Shown here in pieces: positions 51,722-61,452 of a stretch of DNA of 64,000 nucleotides; position 1 is the stretch's first letter, and each line of letters starts with the position of its first letter. Location of the stretch: NCBI GenBank assembly GCA_963814585.1, contig CAWFDF010000014.1, forward strand, positions 128,001 to 192,000, written 5' to 3'. This DNA comes from an uncultured delta proteobacterium (GTDB lineage: Bacteria; Myxococcota; Myxococcia; Myxococcales; Anaeromyxobacteraceae). The notes beneath the pieces were generated by a model. That model worked only from the letters and a program-made list of their open reading frames with translations. It did not search any database and was not told the origin of the DNA. Both the position numbers and the translations under genes were made by a program.

Positions 51722-53220
51722 TCACAGCTTGTTCGGGCCGGGTGTCTCCGACTGCAACCCGGCCGGGTGGTCCTCCAGCTTCTGCTTTCGCGCCTGCTCC
51801 ACGAACCACTCCATGGGGCGCTCGGTCTGGTCCTTGAACGTCTGGAGGGACTCGTCGCGCTGGCGCGCGGCGTCCTCGTCACCCTGCGAGACCAGGATCT
51901 CGTCCACCACCTGCGGGCAGGAGGCCACCGAGCCCGGGCGGGCCTCGATCTCCTCGCGGGTGCTCGGCTCGGCCGGTGGCGCCCTGGCGATCAGCATCTT
52001 CAGGTCGATGGAGAAGTTCACGTAGGTCTCCAGCATCCGGAAGATGGCCGAGTCGCCCATGCCGCCCACCGGCCGCTCGTCGGGCAGCGGCGAGACCTTG
52101 CCGCCCTCGAGCTTGGCCCGGCCCACGATCTCGCAGCCTCGACCCGCCGTCGGTGGTGTACCCGAGGTTGTCGGTGATGACCGCCAGCACGGTGGGGACG
52201 TTGGCGAGGTCCCAGTGGGCCATCAGCCCGACCTTCCCGTCGGGCAGTGGCTCGAGCGTGTCGACGTCCATGGCCAGCACGCGCGACCAGGGCGGCACCG
52301 GGCGGATCCGGTTGCGCGGCGGCAGGCCCTGGACGCGGCGCCGGAGGGCGTCGTCGAAGAGGTTGGTGGCGGTCTCGGCCTCGCCGAGCACGTTGACGCA
52401 GTGTGAGGAGGGGACCCCGAGCGTCTCCTCCACCATGGCGTAGTAGTCGTCGCGGGTCACCGTCCCGAAGCGCCCACGGTAGCCGCCGCCGTCGCAGATG
52501 CGGCTCCCGGTAGGCAGCTTGAAGGTCCATCTTCTTCCGCTTGCAGGCCTGGAAGAAGTAGACGTAGGCGGAGGTGGCGCCGATGATCGCCACCGGCACG
52601 CCACTCGCCTCCGCCTCGCGCAGCGCCTTGAGCAGGCCGTGGATGTCGATGCCGGTCCGGTTCAGCAGGAACTGGCTGTCGGGGGTGCCGAAGTGGGTCC
52701 GCGTCTGCTCCATGCCGATGGCCATGCCCATGGAAGGCGCCATCTCCGGGCTGGGGGCCAGGATGAGGATGCGGCAGCGCCGCCCCTCCTCGAAGTCGGG
52801 GAAGAGGTAGGCGCCGGTCATCCGCTTGTTGGCGCCGAAGACCAGCCGCTTGCCGTCCTCGTCGCGGAAGATGCGGCCCCGCTGGGTCAGGCTGGTGGTC
52901 CCGCCGGTGAGGCAGCCCATCACCGCCCGCTCCAGCGGGAAGGAGGCCACCAGGTGGGTCTTGAACATGTCGTTGTAGACCAGCGGGATGTCCTGCCAGC
53001 GAGACACGTCGCCGGGGCGCACCTTCTTGGCCTCACAGAACTCGCGGAAGATCGGGTTCACCTCGTGGTGAAGGGCGAACATCCGCAGGCAGGAGCCGTT
53101 GAAGTCGGGCACCTCGGCGTCCACGCCGGCCTCGATGTACCCGAGGACCTCGTCGGTCAGCCTCCGGCGCTCGAGGGCGGGGCCGGACGGCTCGGAGGTG
53201 GCGGCGGGCGGGGTCGGCAT
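51722..53220 (-). CDS. LuxE-like acyl-protein synthetase (adenylating enzyme), split by two +1 frameshifts (~52527, ~52144)
   Basis: NPIFREFC, WQDIP...FK, TGGTT, DGGGYRG, PPWSRV...DVDTLEP, DLAN, VITDNLG, EIVGR joined across three ORF-track frames. Confidence 0.8.
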
Positions 53221-53285
53221 GCTCGGTTCCTTTGCACGAGGAAGGCCAGCAGGAGCGGCGCGCTCGCGCACCGCGGCACCGGCGG

Positions 53286-54653
53286 CTACGGGGCGATCGA
53301 ACCGGTGAGGGCGGGACCGGGCCGCGCCTGCTTCTCGCGCACGGCCTGCTTCGATTCCTTCCACTTCTGGTACGCGATCTTCATGCCGGTGCGGACCGGG
53401 AGCTGGTTCATCAGCGAGAGGACGTGGGCGTGGGGGAAGCCGGACGCCGGGACCTCGAACATGTGCTTCCAGATCCGCCCCAGCTTGAGCAGCTCCAGCG
53501 AGGTCTCGTAGAACCGCTCCTCGCGGACGTCCGGCGTCATGGCCGGATCCGGGTGCTCGAAGAGCGCGTAGGCGCCCGTGTAGTACTCCCAGCCCAGGTC
53601 CCTGTAGAGGTAGGGCTCGTACTCCTGGCGCAGGTCGGTGCCCGGGTACGGGACCACCAGCGAGGGGTGCATGCTCACGCCCAGCCGGTCGGCCAGGTCG
53701 ACGGCGCGCCGGTAGTCGTCGAGCGAGTCGGCGCGCGAGCCGAGCATGAAGAAGAGGGAGACGTCGATGCCGTGGTCCTTCAGGGTCCGCACCGCCCGCT
53801 CCCGGTCGACGCCGACCTTGCGGTCGGCGCGGTACGCCTCGAGCCCTCCATCGGTGATCGACTCCCACCCCACCCAGACCGTCAGCATGCCGCTCGCCCG
53901 GGCCGCCCTGAGCATGCGGGAGCCCTCCGGGGCGAGCACCGGCGCCAGGCTGCCGAACCCCATCCACTTCTTCCTGCTGCCCCGGAGCGCCGTGAAGAGC
54001 TCGGTGGCCCGATCCGTCTTCCCGAGCCACCAGATGTTCTCGTCGCCGTTGATGTACATCTTGCCCGGGATGGCATCGACGTCGCGCACCACGTCGTCGA
54101 TGGGGCGCATGCGGATCCGCGAGCCGAAGACCTTCCTCACCGTGCAGAAGCTGCACGGGTACGGGCAGCCGCGGGCGGTGCTGACGATGCGGAAGTCGTG
54201 GCCGTGCTTGAGGAGGCCGTAGGCCGGCGTCGGCAGGCCGTCGAGCGGCAGCTGCTCGCCCCGGTAGAAGGGCTGGAGCCGGCCGGCGCGGAAGTCCGCC
54301 AGGACGGTCGGCCAGACCGACTCGGCCTCGCCGGTCACCACCGCATCGGCGTGTTGCCTGGCCTCCTCGGGCAGGGCCGTGGCGTGCATGCCGCCCACCA
54401 CCACCTTGATGCCCCGGGCGCGCAGCCCGTCGGCGATCCGGTAGCCGGGGACGGAGGTCGGCGTCAGCAGGCTGATGGCGGCCAGGTCGCACTCCAGCGT
54501 GTCGAAGACGTCCGGCGTGGCGCTGGCGCTGTAGAGCTCGATCTCGATGCTGGGATCGGCCTGGCGGGTGAGTGCCGCCAGGTACTCGAGGATGGGCGGC
54601 GCGACCGGGGTCCAGCCGAAGGGGAGCGGTGGCTTGATGATGCAGAGCTTCAC
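53286..54653 (-). CDS. Cobalamin-binding radical SAM enzyme
   Basis: LEYLAALT, VVVGGMHATALPEEA, GEAE; ARGCPYPCSFC; GWES; PYPGT. Confidence 0.9.
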   Translation of the reverse strand: MKLCIIKPPLPFGWTPVAPPILEYLAALTRQADPSIEIELYSASATPDVFDTLECDLAAISLLTPTSVPGYRIADGLRARGIKVVVGGMHATALPEEARQHADAVVTGEAESVWPTVLADFRAGRLQPFYRGEQLPLDGLPTPAYGLLKHGHDFRIVSTARGCPYPCSFCTVRKVFGSRIRMRPIDDVVRDVDAIPGKMYINGDENIWWLGKTDRATELFTALRGSRKKWMGFGSLAPVLAPEGSRMLRAARASGMLTVWVGWESITDGGLEAYRADRKVGVDRERAVRTLKDHGIDVSLFFMLGSRADSLDDYRRAVDLADRLGVSMHPSLVVPYPGTDLRQEYEPYLYRDLGWEYYTGAYALFEHPDPAMTPDVREERFYETSLELLKLGRIWKHMFEVPASGFPHAHVLSLMNQLPVRTGMKIAYQKWKESKQAVREKQARPGPALTGSIAP

Positions 54654-54760
54654 GTCAGTCCTCGTCCCCCGGAGGCGGCGGATCGTACCCGATGCCGGAG
54701 GCGGAGTGGAGAGGCCTGCCGGTAAACGAAGTTATTCGAAGCCCTCGGAGGGCTGCGAAA

Positions 54761-56083
54761 TCACAGCGGCTCCACCTTCCAGGCGAGCCGGAGACCATCC
54801 TTCACGCCATAGGCGACCGACCTGCCGTCGGCCGTGAACCGGACCGGGAAGACCTGCTGGTAGGGCGGATGCTGCCGGACCGTCCTGCCGCCGAGGTCGG
54901 CCACCACCACGAAGCGCCTCCCGTCCTGGCGCGCCCGGTAGACGAGGAACCTGCCGTCCGGGCTGAACGCCGGCGAGACCACCCGGTCGAGCGGCGGCCC
55001 TTCCTTGCCGTTCACCACCACGAACCAGCGCTCGCCTCGGCGCGCCACGTAGGCATGTGAGCGGCCGTCGCTGGAGTAGACCAGCGCCTCGAGCTCGTCC
55101 ACGGCCGGTCCGGCAGCCTCGCCCGCGGCGAAGGGCTGGAGCAGGCGAACCAATCCGCCCTCCAGGATCGCGACGCCGAGGGCCTTCTTCCCTGGACGGA
55201 TCACCGGGGGTCCGAACACCTCCCCGGGCGGCAGCGGCTCCTCCAGGTCGTCGAGCACCACCAGCCGCCGGCCGGCTCGCTCCGCCAGGTAGGCCACCGA
55301 CGCGCCGTCCGGACCGAGGGCCGGGCTGGACGCCGCATCGTAGCCCGGCCCCCGGTGGACCCGGCCTGGCGCGGCGAAGGCCAGCTTCAGCACGGTGGCC
55401 TTCCCTTCCCGTTCCCCGACGGCCGCGAGCCACCTCCCATCCGCGCTGCTCACCAGCTCGGAGGCGCGTGCCTCGACCACCACCTGCTCCTGGAAGTCGA
55501 GGTCGCTCACCAGCAGCCGTCCGACGCCCTGCTGGTCGGGGTCGGCGATGAAGGCGAGCCGCGAGGAGTCGCCGCTGAACCGGAGCTCCGGAGGGGGCGA
55601 CCGGGCGCCCGGGCCCAGCGTGCCGTCGATGACCGGGTGCCACCGCTCCCCGGCCCGGGCCAGGTAGGCGACGTGCGCGCCGTCGGGGCTGAAGGCGGGG
55701 GCCTGGATCTCGGCGAACCCCGGCCCCTCCGCGCCATCGACGACCAGCCGCCAGGTCCCGTCGACGAGCGCGCCGTGGGCGCAGCGCCGCCCGTCGGGGC
55801 TGAGGACGATCGTCCCCACGGCGGCGAAGGCCTTGCCGGGGCGCCCGTCGTGGACGACCTGGAAGCGGCCGCCCTCCTGCTCGACCCAGGCGACGCCACC
55901 GCCGCGCTCGGCGAAGAGGTACTCCCGCTCCGCGTCCGCCGGCAGGGTGGCGAGGACGGCCGGCCGGTCGGCGACGGCGGTTGGCGGAGGGCCGCGCACC
56001 GGCTCCGGCCTTCCGCAGCGGCAGCCCGCGAGCGACAGCCAGACGCTGCACGCGGCCGCCAGCGTTCCGAGGCGACGATCCAT
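54761..56083 (-). CDS. Lipoprotein with PD40/TolB-like beta-propeller repeats
   Basis: Lipobox LAGC; repeated (F/L)SPDG.(H/R)(V/L)AY.A...G.RW..VVDG units. Confidence 0.75.
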   Translation of the reverse strand: MDRRLGTLAAACSVWLSLAGCRCGRPEPVRGPPPTAVADRPAVLATLPADAEREYLFAERGGGVAWVEQEGGRFQVVHDGRPGKAFAAVGTIVLSPDGRRCAHGALVDGTWRLVVDGAEGPGFAEIQAPAFSPDGAHVAYLARAGERWHPVIDGTLGPGARSPPPELRFSGDSSRLAFIADPDQQGVGRLLVSDLDFQEQVVVEARASELVSSADGRWLAAVGEREGKATVLKLAFAAPGRVHRGPGYDAASSPALGPDGASVAYLAERAGRRLVVLDDLEEPLPPGEVFGPPVIRPGKKALGVAILEGGLVRLLQPFAAGEAAGPAVDELEALVYSSDGRSHAYVARRGERWFVVVNGKEGPPLDRVVSPAFSPDGRFLVYRARQDGRRFVVVADLGGRTVRQHPPYQQVFPVRFTADGRSVAYGVKDGLRLAWKVEPL

Positions 56084-56096
56084 GGCGGGTCTGCCT

Positions 56097-56921
56097 TCAG
56101 TGCTCGACGCGGAAGCCCTTGTGGAAGGTCTCGACCGAGAAGGGAATGCCCCAGTAGCTCACGATCATGACCACCACCGCGGCCAGCGCGTACCAGGCCA
56201 GCCGCCGCCCGCGCCAGCCCATGGTGATGCGCAGGTGGAGGTAGATGCCGTAGACCAGCCAGGAGACCAGGGACCAGACCTCCACCGGGTCCCAGTTCCA
56301 GTAGCTGCCCTTGGCCTGGTCGGCCCAGAGCGCCCCGGTCACGATCATCAGCCCGTACATGATGAAGCCGGCGGCGACGAACCGGTAGCCGAGCCGGTCG
56401 ATGTCGGCCGGGGACGGCAGCCGGTCGTAGATGCCGCCCGATCGCCCCTCCTTGAGCAGGAACATCAACGCCATCCCCGCCGCCATGAGCACGGCGGCGA
56501 AGCCGATGGTGGCGCCGACGATGTGCGCCCAGAGCCAGCCGCTCTGCAGCGCCGGGGCCACCTGCGACGCGGCCGCCTCGCGCAGCGTGCCGGCCCAGCC
56601 GATGAGGACGAAGACCACCGGGAGCACGAAGGCGCCGAGCGGCCGCACCCTGGGCGTCGAGGCCTGCACCACCAGGAAGAGCGCCACCGCCATGAAGGTC
56701 CCGAGCGCCAGCGACTCGGAGATGGAGAAGAACGGGCTGACCCCGCCGGCCACCCAGCGGACGGCGATGCTGGAGAGGTGGGCGACGAAGCCGAGCGCGG
56801 CCGCGCCCAGACCGGCGGCGAGCAGCTTGCCGTTCTCGGCAATGAACCCGAAGACGTAGGCGAAGGCGCTCACCCCGTAGAGCCCGATGGCACACCAGAA
56901 CAGCAGCTGCTCGACGTTCAC
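56097..56921 (-). CDS. ccsA: System II cytochrome c synthase, CcsA/ResC family
   Basis: PALQSGWLWAH, TGALWADQAKGSYWNWDPVE, YLHLR, C-terminal His; multiple TMs. Confidence 0.92.
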   Translation of the reverse strand: MNVEQLLFWCAIGLYGVSAFAYVFGFIAENGKLLAAGLGAAALGFVAHLSSIAVRWVAGGVSPFFSISESLALGTFMAVALFLVVQASTPRVRPLGAFVLPVVFVLIGWAGTLREAAASQVAPALQSGWLWAHIVGATIGFAAVLMAAGMALMFLLKEGRSGGIYDRLPSPADIDRLGYRFVAAGFIMYGLMIVTGALWADQAKGSYWNWDPVEVWSLVSWLVYGIYLHLRITMGWRGRRLAWYALAAVVVMIVSYWGIPFSVETFHKGFRVEH

Positions 56922-58126
56922 GGGATCTCCTTCGGCACCGGGGTGCCTGGCTCTGGGCGGCTCGGTGCGCGCCTGCCGCGCTTCTCGTCCTGCCGGATGC
57001 GGCCGATGAAGGTCATGGTCATGCCGGCCAGGCCCGCCCAGAGGCTGGTGAGGATGACCGTGAGGCCGGGGTCGTGGCGGACCGTCATGCCGACCCAGTA
57101 TCTCACCTCCCGGGCCTCCAGCCGGTGGTCCCCGGCCTCGAACGTGCCGCCGACGGTCACCTTGCCGGTGGCGGCCGGCTCCGTGGCGCCTGGCACCGCC
57201 TGGTGGTCCTTCCCCGTGGCGCCCCCCGGCCCGGCGCCCGCCTCGCCCAACGGCCAGGTGAAGAACTCCACCTGCCCCGCCCGATCCTGCTCCCGGTCCG
57301 GCACGTACCCCACCTGGAGCAGCAACGCCGGCCTGTCGGGGGGAGGCGGGAACGGGAAGGAGCCCGGCTCCCTGGCTGAACCGGTGGTGTAGAGGAAGGC
57401 CTCCTTGCCCATGGGAATGCTCTGCAGCGGGACCATGGCCGCGTAGAGCTCCCGACCCTGCCGGTCGTGGAGGACGACGCCGAGCGAGTAGCCCTCCTTC
57501 GAGACCAGGTAGCGCACGCCGCGGTGGTCCAGGTTCTGCGTCATGTAGATGGTCGCGGTCGCCCTTCCCTCGCCGTCGCCGACCGCGATCTCGTAGGCGG
57601 CGCGCTTGTCCTGCCCGTCCACCTTGTAGTCCCGGTGCATCTTCAGGAGCGTGGTCTCGCCTCGGAGCCGCGTGAAGTCGAAGAGGCGCCCCACCTCCAC
57701 CGTGTCGTAGCTGGACGCCTCGCCGTTGGGCAGCGTCTCGCCCTCGGTCAGCCGCAGCACCCCCTTGAAGTGGAAGAGGCTGTTGAAGACCACGCCGCCC
57801 AGCAGGGCCATGAAGCTCACGTGGAACAGGATCATGCCCACGGAGATGAGCGTGAGCTTCCGGCCCCAGGTGCGGGCCAGGAAGGTCACTCCCGAGCTCA
57901 GCGCCAGCAGGACCAGCAGCCCGTTGAACCAGAGCGTGTCGAAGATCAGCGCCCAGGCCCGCTCGCCGGTGAAGACGGTCACGCCCACCAGGCAGCAGGC
58001 GAGGACGGCGACCAGCAGGGCGATGGCGAGGCGCGGCGAGGAGATCACCGCGAAGGCCCGCCGGCCCAGGCCGGGCCCGGGGCGGCGCGGAGGCACGGTC
58101 GCGGCTGGGCCTTCGACGGGCGTCAT
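56918..58126 (-). CDS. resB: System II cytochrome c biogenesis protein, ResB/CcsB-like
   Basis: SSPRLAIALL, IFDTLWF, LFHVS...LLGG, LTEGE, C-terminal HDPG.TVI; overlaps the ccsA start. Confidence 0.85.
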   Translation of the reverse strand: MTPVEGPAATVPPRRPGPGLGRRAFAVISSPRLAIALLVAVLACCLVGVTVFTGERAWALIFDTLWFNGLLVLLALSSGVTFLARTWGRKLTLISVGMILFHVSFMALLGGVVFNSLFHFKGVLRLTEGETLPNGEASSYDTVEVGRLFDFTRLRGETTLLKMHRDYKVDGQDKRAAYEIAVGDGEGRATATIYMTQNLDHRGVRYLVSKEGYSLGVVLHDRQGRELYAAMVPLQSIPMGKEAFLYTTGSAREPGSFPFPPPPDRPALLLQVGYVPDREQDRAGQVEFFTWPLGEAGAGPGGATGKDHQAVPGATEPAATGKVTVGGTFEAGDHRLEAREVRYWVGMTVRHDPGLTVILTSLWAGLAGMTMTFIGRIRQDEKRGRRAPSRPEPGTPVPKEIP

Positions 58127-58367
58127 GGATGGGCGCACCTTACCAAAGCTCCACGCCGCACCGTGACCGGAGTCAAAGCGCCCCTCGCCTGGCCCGAGCC
58201 CGTCGCGAGGCACACGATGCCGTCGGCGAGCCGGGTCGCACGACGACGGAGCAGCGGAAGCGGGCTGGTGGCCCGCTGAGCAGCGGACGGAGGAGTCCGC
58301 CCGGCGCAGCCAGGCAGCGTGCGCCGCAGTAGGGATCGGGTCAGGCGAGTGGCGCTATCAGCCCGGC

Positions 58368-59021
58368 CTACTCGTCCACCCGGACCACGCCCCGCTTGAT
58401 GGCGAAGCGGACCAGCTCGGTGCGGTTGTGCAGCCCGAGCTTCTCCATCACGTGCTCGCGATGCGTCATGGCGGTCTTGACGCTGATGCCGAGCACGTCG
58501 GCCACCTCCTTGTTGCTCTTCCCGTCGGCCACCAGCTTCAGCACCTGCTTCTCGCGATCGGTGAGCCCGTCGTACGGGTCGGCCTGCCCGGTCGAGGCCG
58601 GCCCGCCCTCCGACATGGCGACCCGGGCCACGGCCGGGTCGAGCACCAGCCCCCCCTTGTGGACGGCGCGGATGGCCCCGGCCAGCTCGGCGCCGGCCGA
58701 GCGCTTGAGCACGTAGCCCGAGACCCCGGCCTGGAGCAGCCGCCGCACGTACTCGCGGTCATCGTACTGGGAGAGGATGAGGATGCGGGCCCGGCGCCCC
58801 TGCTTCTTCAGCTCCAGGCTGGTCTCGATGCCGCCCAGCCCGGGCATGGCGATGTCCATCAGCACCACGTCGGGGTCGAGCCGGGCCACCGCCGCCAGCG
58901 CCTCCTGCCCGTCGCTGGCCTCGCCGACCACCTCGAGGTCCTCGTGCTCCCTGAGCAGCGCGCGCACGCCCTCGCGCAGGATGGCGTGGTCGTCGACGAT
59001 GAGGATGCGGATGGCGCTCAT
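58368..59021 (-). CDS. NarL/LuxR-family response regulator
   Basis: ILIVDDHAILREG, LMDIAMP, LTDREKQVLKLVADGKSNKEVA. Confidence 0.95.
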   Translation of the reverse strand: MSAIRILIVDDHAILREGVRALLREHEDLEVVGEASDGQEALAAVARLDPDVVLMDIAMPGLGGIETSLELKKQGRRARILILSQYDDREYVRRLLQAGVSGYVLKRSAGAELAGAIRAVHKGGLVLDPAVARVAMSEGGPASTGQADPYDGLTDREKQVLKLVADGKSNKEVADVLGISVKTAMTHREHVMEKLGLHNRTELVRFAIKRGVVRVDE

Positions 59022-60880
59022 GGGTGCTCCTCGGCGAGCGGGATGCGGACCTCGAGGCGGGTGCCGGCGCCGGGCGAGGAGTCGACGCGGGCGCGCCCGC
59101 CCAGCAGGACGGCGCGCTCCTGGATGCCCAGCAGCCCCCAGTGCGGCCGCCCCTCGCGCTGCGCCGTCGCGGCCTGGTCGAAGCCCACGCCGTCGTCCTC
59201 GACGTCGACGCAGAGCCAGGCCCCCTCGGCGCGCAGCTCCACCAGCACGTGGGAGGCCTGGGCGTGGCGGGAAACGTTGCTGATGGCCTCCTGGCAGATG
59301 CGGAAGAGGGCGGTCTCCAGCTCGGGCGTCAGGGTGGGCAGCTCGCCGAACTCGCAGCGCACCGCCACGCCACGGGCCGCGAGCGTCCGCTCGGCGTACC
59401 ACTGGACGGCGGAGGCCAGGCCGAGGTCGTCGAGCACCGAGGGGCGCAGGTCGAGGATGAGCCGGTGGACGTCGGCCAGCGCCCGGTTGGCCAGGGTCCG
59501 CAGCTCGTCCAGCTCCGGCGTCCTGCCGGCGCGGACCGCCTCGGCCGCCTGGTCGACGCGCATCAGCAGCGCCGCCAGCGCCTGGGTGGTCTCGTCGTGG
59601 AGCTCCCGCGCCACCCGCTTGCGCTCGTCCTCCTGGGCCGTGATCACCTTGCGCAGCAGCTCGCCGCGCGCCAGCTCGCGCTCCCGCAGCGCCGCGTTGG
59701 CCTGGTTGAGGTCGCGGGTCCGCTCCTCGACCCGCCCCTCCAGCTCCAGGTTGGCCCGCTCCACCCGGGCCACCAGCGCCTGGAGCGACTGGCGCATCCG
59801 GTCGAGGGCCTGGCCCAGGTGGCCGACCTCGTCGTCCCCCAGCTCCGGGATGGGCCAGTCGAGCTGGCCGGAGGCGATTCGCCTGGCCTCGGCGGTGAGC
59901 ACCGCCACCGGCTGGGTCACGCTGCGGGCCGCGCCCCAGGCGAAGAAGCCCGAGAGGGCCACGTGCGCCAGCAGGACGGCGGCCACGGCGAACCACGGCA
60001 GCACCCCTTCGCTCGGCGAGGCGTCCTGCCGGATCACCAGGCCCCAGGGGGCGCTGGCCAGCGGCGCGAAGGTCATCAGCGCGCCGAAGCGGCTCCGCTC
60101 CCCGCGTTCCTCGTGACAGGCGTCGCAGCGCGACGACAGGACCGTCCTGGCCTTCACCAGGCGCGCCAGGTTGGCGCTGCACTCGATCCTGGTCCCGGCC
60201 CGCCGCGGCTCCGACGAGGCGACGATGAGCCCGGTCGGGTCGACCAGCTCGGCCCGCCCGCTCGGGCCCCGGCGGAGCCGGAGCAGCATCTTCCGGAAAT
60301 CGCGGCGGCTCGGGTCGAAGGTCCCACCGGCCACGCCCACCACCAGGCCGGCGAGGTCCCGGACCGGCACCAGCTCGAGGACCAGCGGGCCCTGGCCGTC
60401 GACCTGCAGGACGGAGGTGCGCGGCAGGCCGGTGGCCAGCACCTCCCTCACCAGCGGGACGGCCGCCTGGTGCGCGGGCGCGACGCGGCCGTGCGGCTCC
60501 TCCGCCACCACTTGCTGATCGGCGTCGATGAGGAAGATCGCCTCGCGATGGCGGAAGTGGGCGAAGGCCTCCCGCACCGACCTCCGCAGGAGCGCCGGAT
60601 CGGCCACCTCCAGGCGCGAGCCGATCCCGGCGGCCAGCCGCTGCAGCAGCTCGAGGTCGCCGGTGAGCTCCTCGTCGAAGTGGGCCGCCACCGTGTCGGC
60701 CGCCCTCACCCGGGCCTCCTGCAGGCGGCCGTCGAGCTCGCGGAGCCAGTACCAGGAGGCCAGCGAGACCACCACCAGCGGGAAGAAGGTCCCGATGGCC
60801 ATCAGCAGGTAGACGCGCCTGCGCAGCCCGATGCCGGCCCCCTGGCTCGATGCCGTGGTGCCCGAGGCCGGCGGGGTCAC
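59018..60880 (-). CDS. HisKA_3 sensor kinase with periplasmic domain carrying CxxCH, plus HAMP
   Basis: TM, RCDACH, TM, DDEVGHL, EDERKRVARELHDET, QEAISN, DDGVGFD, WGLLGIQER. Confidence 0.92.
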   Translation of the reverse strand: MTPPASGTTASSQGAGIGLRRRVYLLMAIGTFFPLVVVSLASWYWLRELDGRLQEARVRAADTVAAHFDEELTGDLELLQRLAAGIGSRLEVADPALLRRSVREAFAHFRHREAIFLIDADQQVVAEEPHGRVAPAHQAAVPLVREVLATGLPRTSVLQVDGQGPLVLELVPVRDLAGLVVGVAGGTFDPSRRDFRKMLLRLRRGPSGRAELVDPTGLIVASSEPRRAGTRIECSANLARLVKARTVLSSRCDACHEERGERSRFGALMTFAPLASAPWGLVIRQDASPSEGVLPWFAVAAVLLAHVALSGFFAWGAARSVTQPVAVLTAEARRIASGQLDWPIPELGDDEVGHLGQALDRMRQSLQALVARVERANLELEGRVEERTRDLNQANAALRERELARGELLRKVITAQEDERKRVARELHDETTQALAALLMRVDQAAEAVRAGRTPELDELRTLANRALADVHRLILDLRPSVLDDLGLASAVQWYAERTLAARGVAVRCEFGELPTLTPELETALFRICQEAISNVSRHAQASHVLVELRAEGAWLCVDVEDDGVGFDQAATAQREGRPHWGLLGIQERAVLLGGRARVDSSPGAGTRLEVRIPLAEEHP

Positions 60881-61452
60881 GGCGCTCCCCGGCGGTGGGC
60901 GCTGCGGGCCATGCGGAACAGCTCCTCGACGTCCCCTCGGGTGCGCAGCACCATCCGGCGTCCGTCGCGCTCCCATGCCAGCTGGTGCCAGACCTCCCCG
61001 GCGATGGTCCGGCGGGACAGCCGGGCCGGGTGGCTGGCCACCGTGGCCGGCGACGAGGAGAGCTCGGTCCCCGGCGGCTCCAGGTCCGGGGGGAACGACG
61101 CGCCCGGCGTGGTGGCCTGGAGAAGCTGCAGCTGGTCACCACCGCCCGAGCGCTCCCTGAAGGTCAGCTCGACGGCGCCGCCCTGGCCGCCGGCGACGCG
61201 GATCCGCGCTGGAGGCCAGCCGAGGTGGGCGGGATAGTAGGAGGGGAGCGCCAGCCCGGCGCCCAGGCTCCGCTCGGCCGCCTCGATGCTGGAGACCGTG
61301 CGCACCTCGCGAGGCTCCCCGGCGATCCAGCCGGGCAGCGCCCCGAGGCCGGCCAGCGTCACCGCGGTGGCCCCCACCACCCAGCCGAGGGCGGCCAGCA
61401 GCCGGAGCAGCTCCGAGCCGGGGGCGCGGGCGGGCTGGGCGGGCGCGGTCAT
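60877..61452 (-). CDS. Hypothetical single-TM protein
   Basis: Overlaps neighbours on both sides; LALPSYYP.HLGWPP motif. Confidence 0.65.
   Translation of the reverse strand: MTAPAQPARAPGSELLRLLAALGWVVGATAVTLAGLGALPGWIAGEPREVRTVSSIEAAERSLGAGLALPSYYPAHLGWPPARIRVAGGQGGAVELTFRERSGGGDQLQLLQATTPGASFPPDLEPPGTELSSSPATVASHPARLSRRTIAGEVWHQLAWERDGRRMVLRTRGDVEELFRMARSAHRRGAP

Noticed and set aside
51722..53220. Bioluminescence operon
   Set aside because: No luxA, luxB, luxC or luxD in the window.
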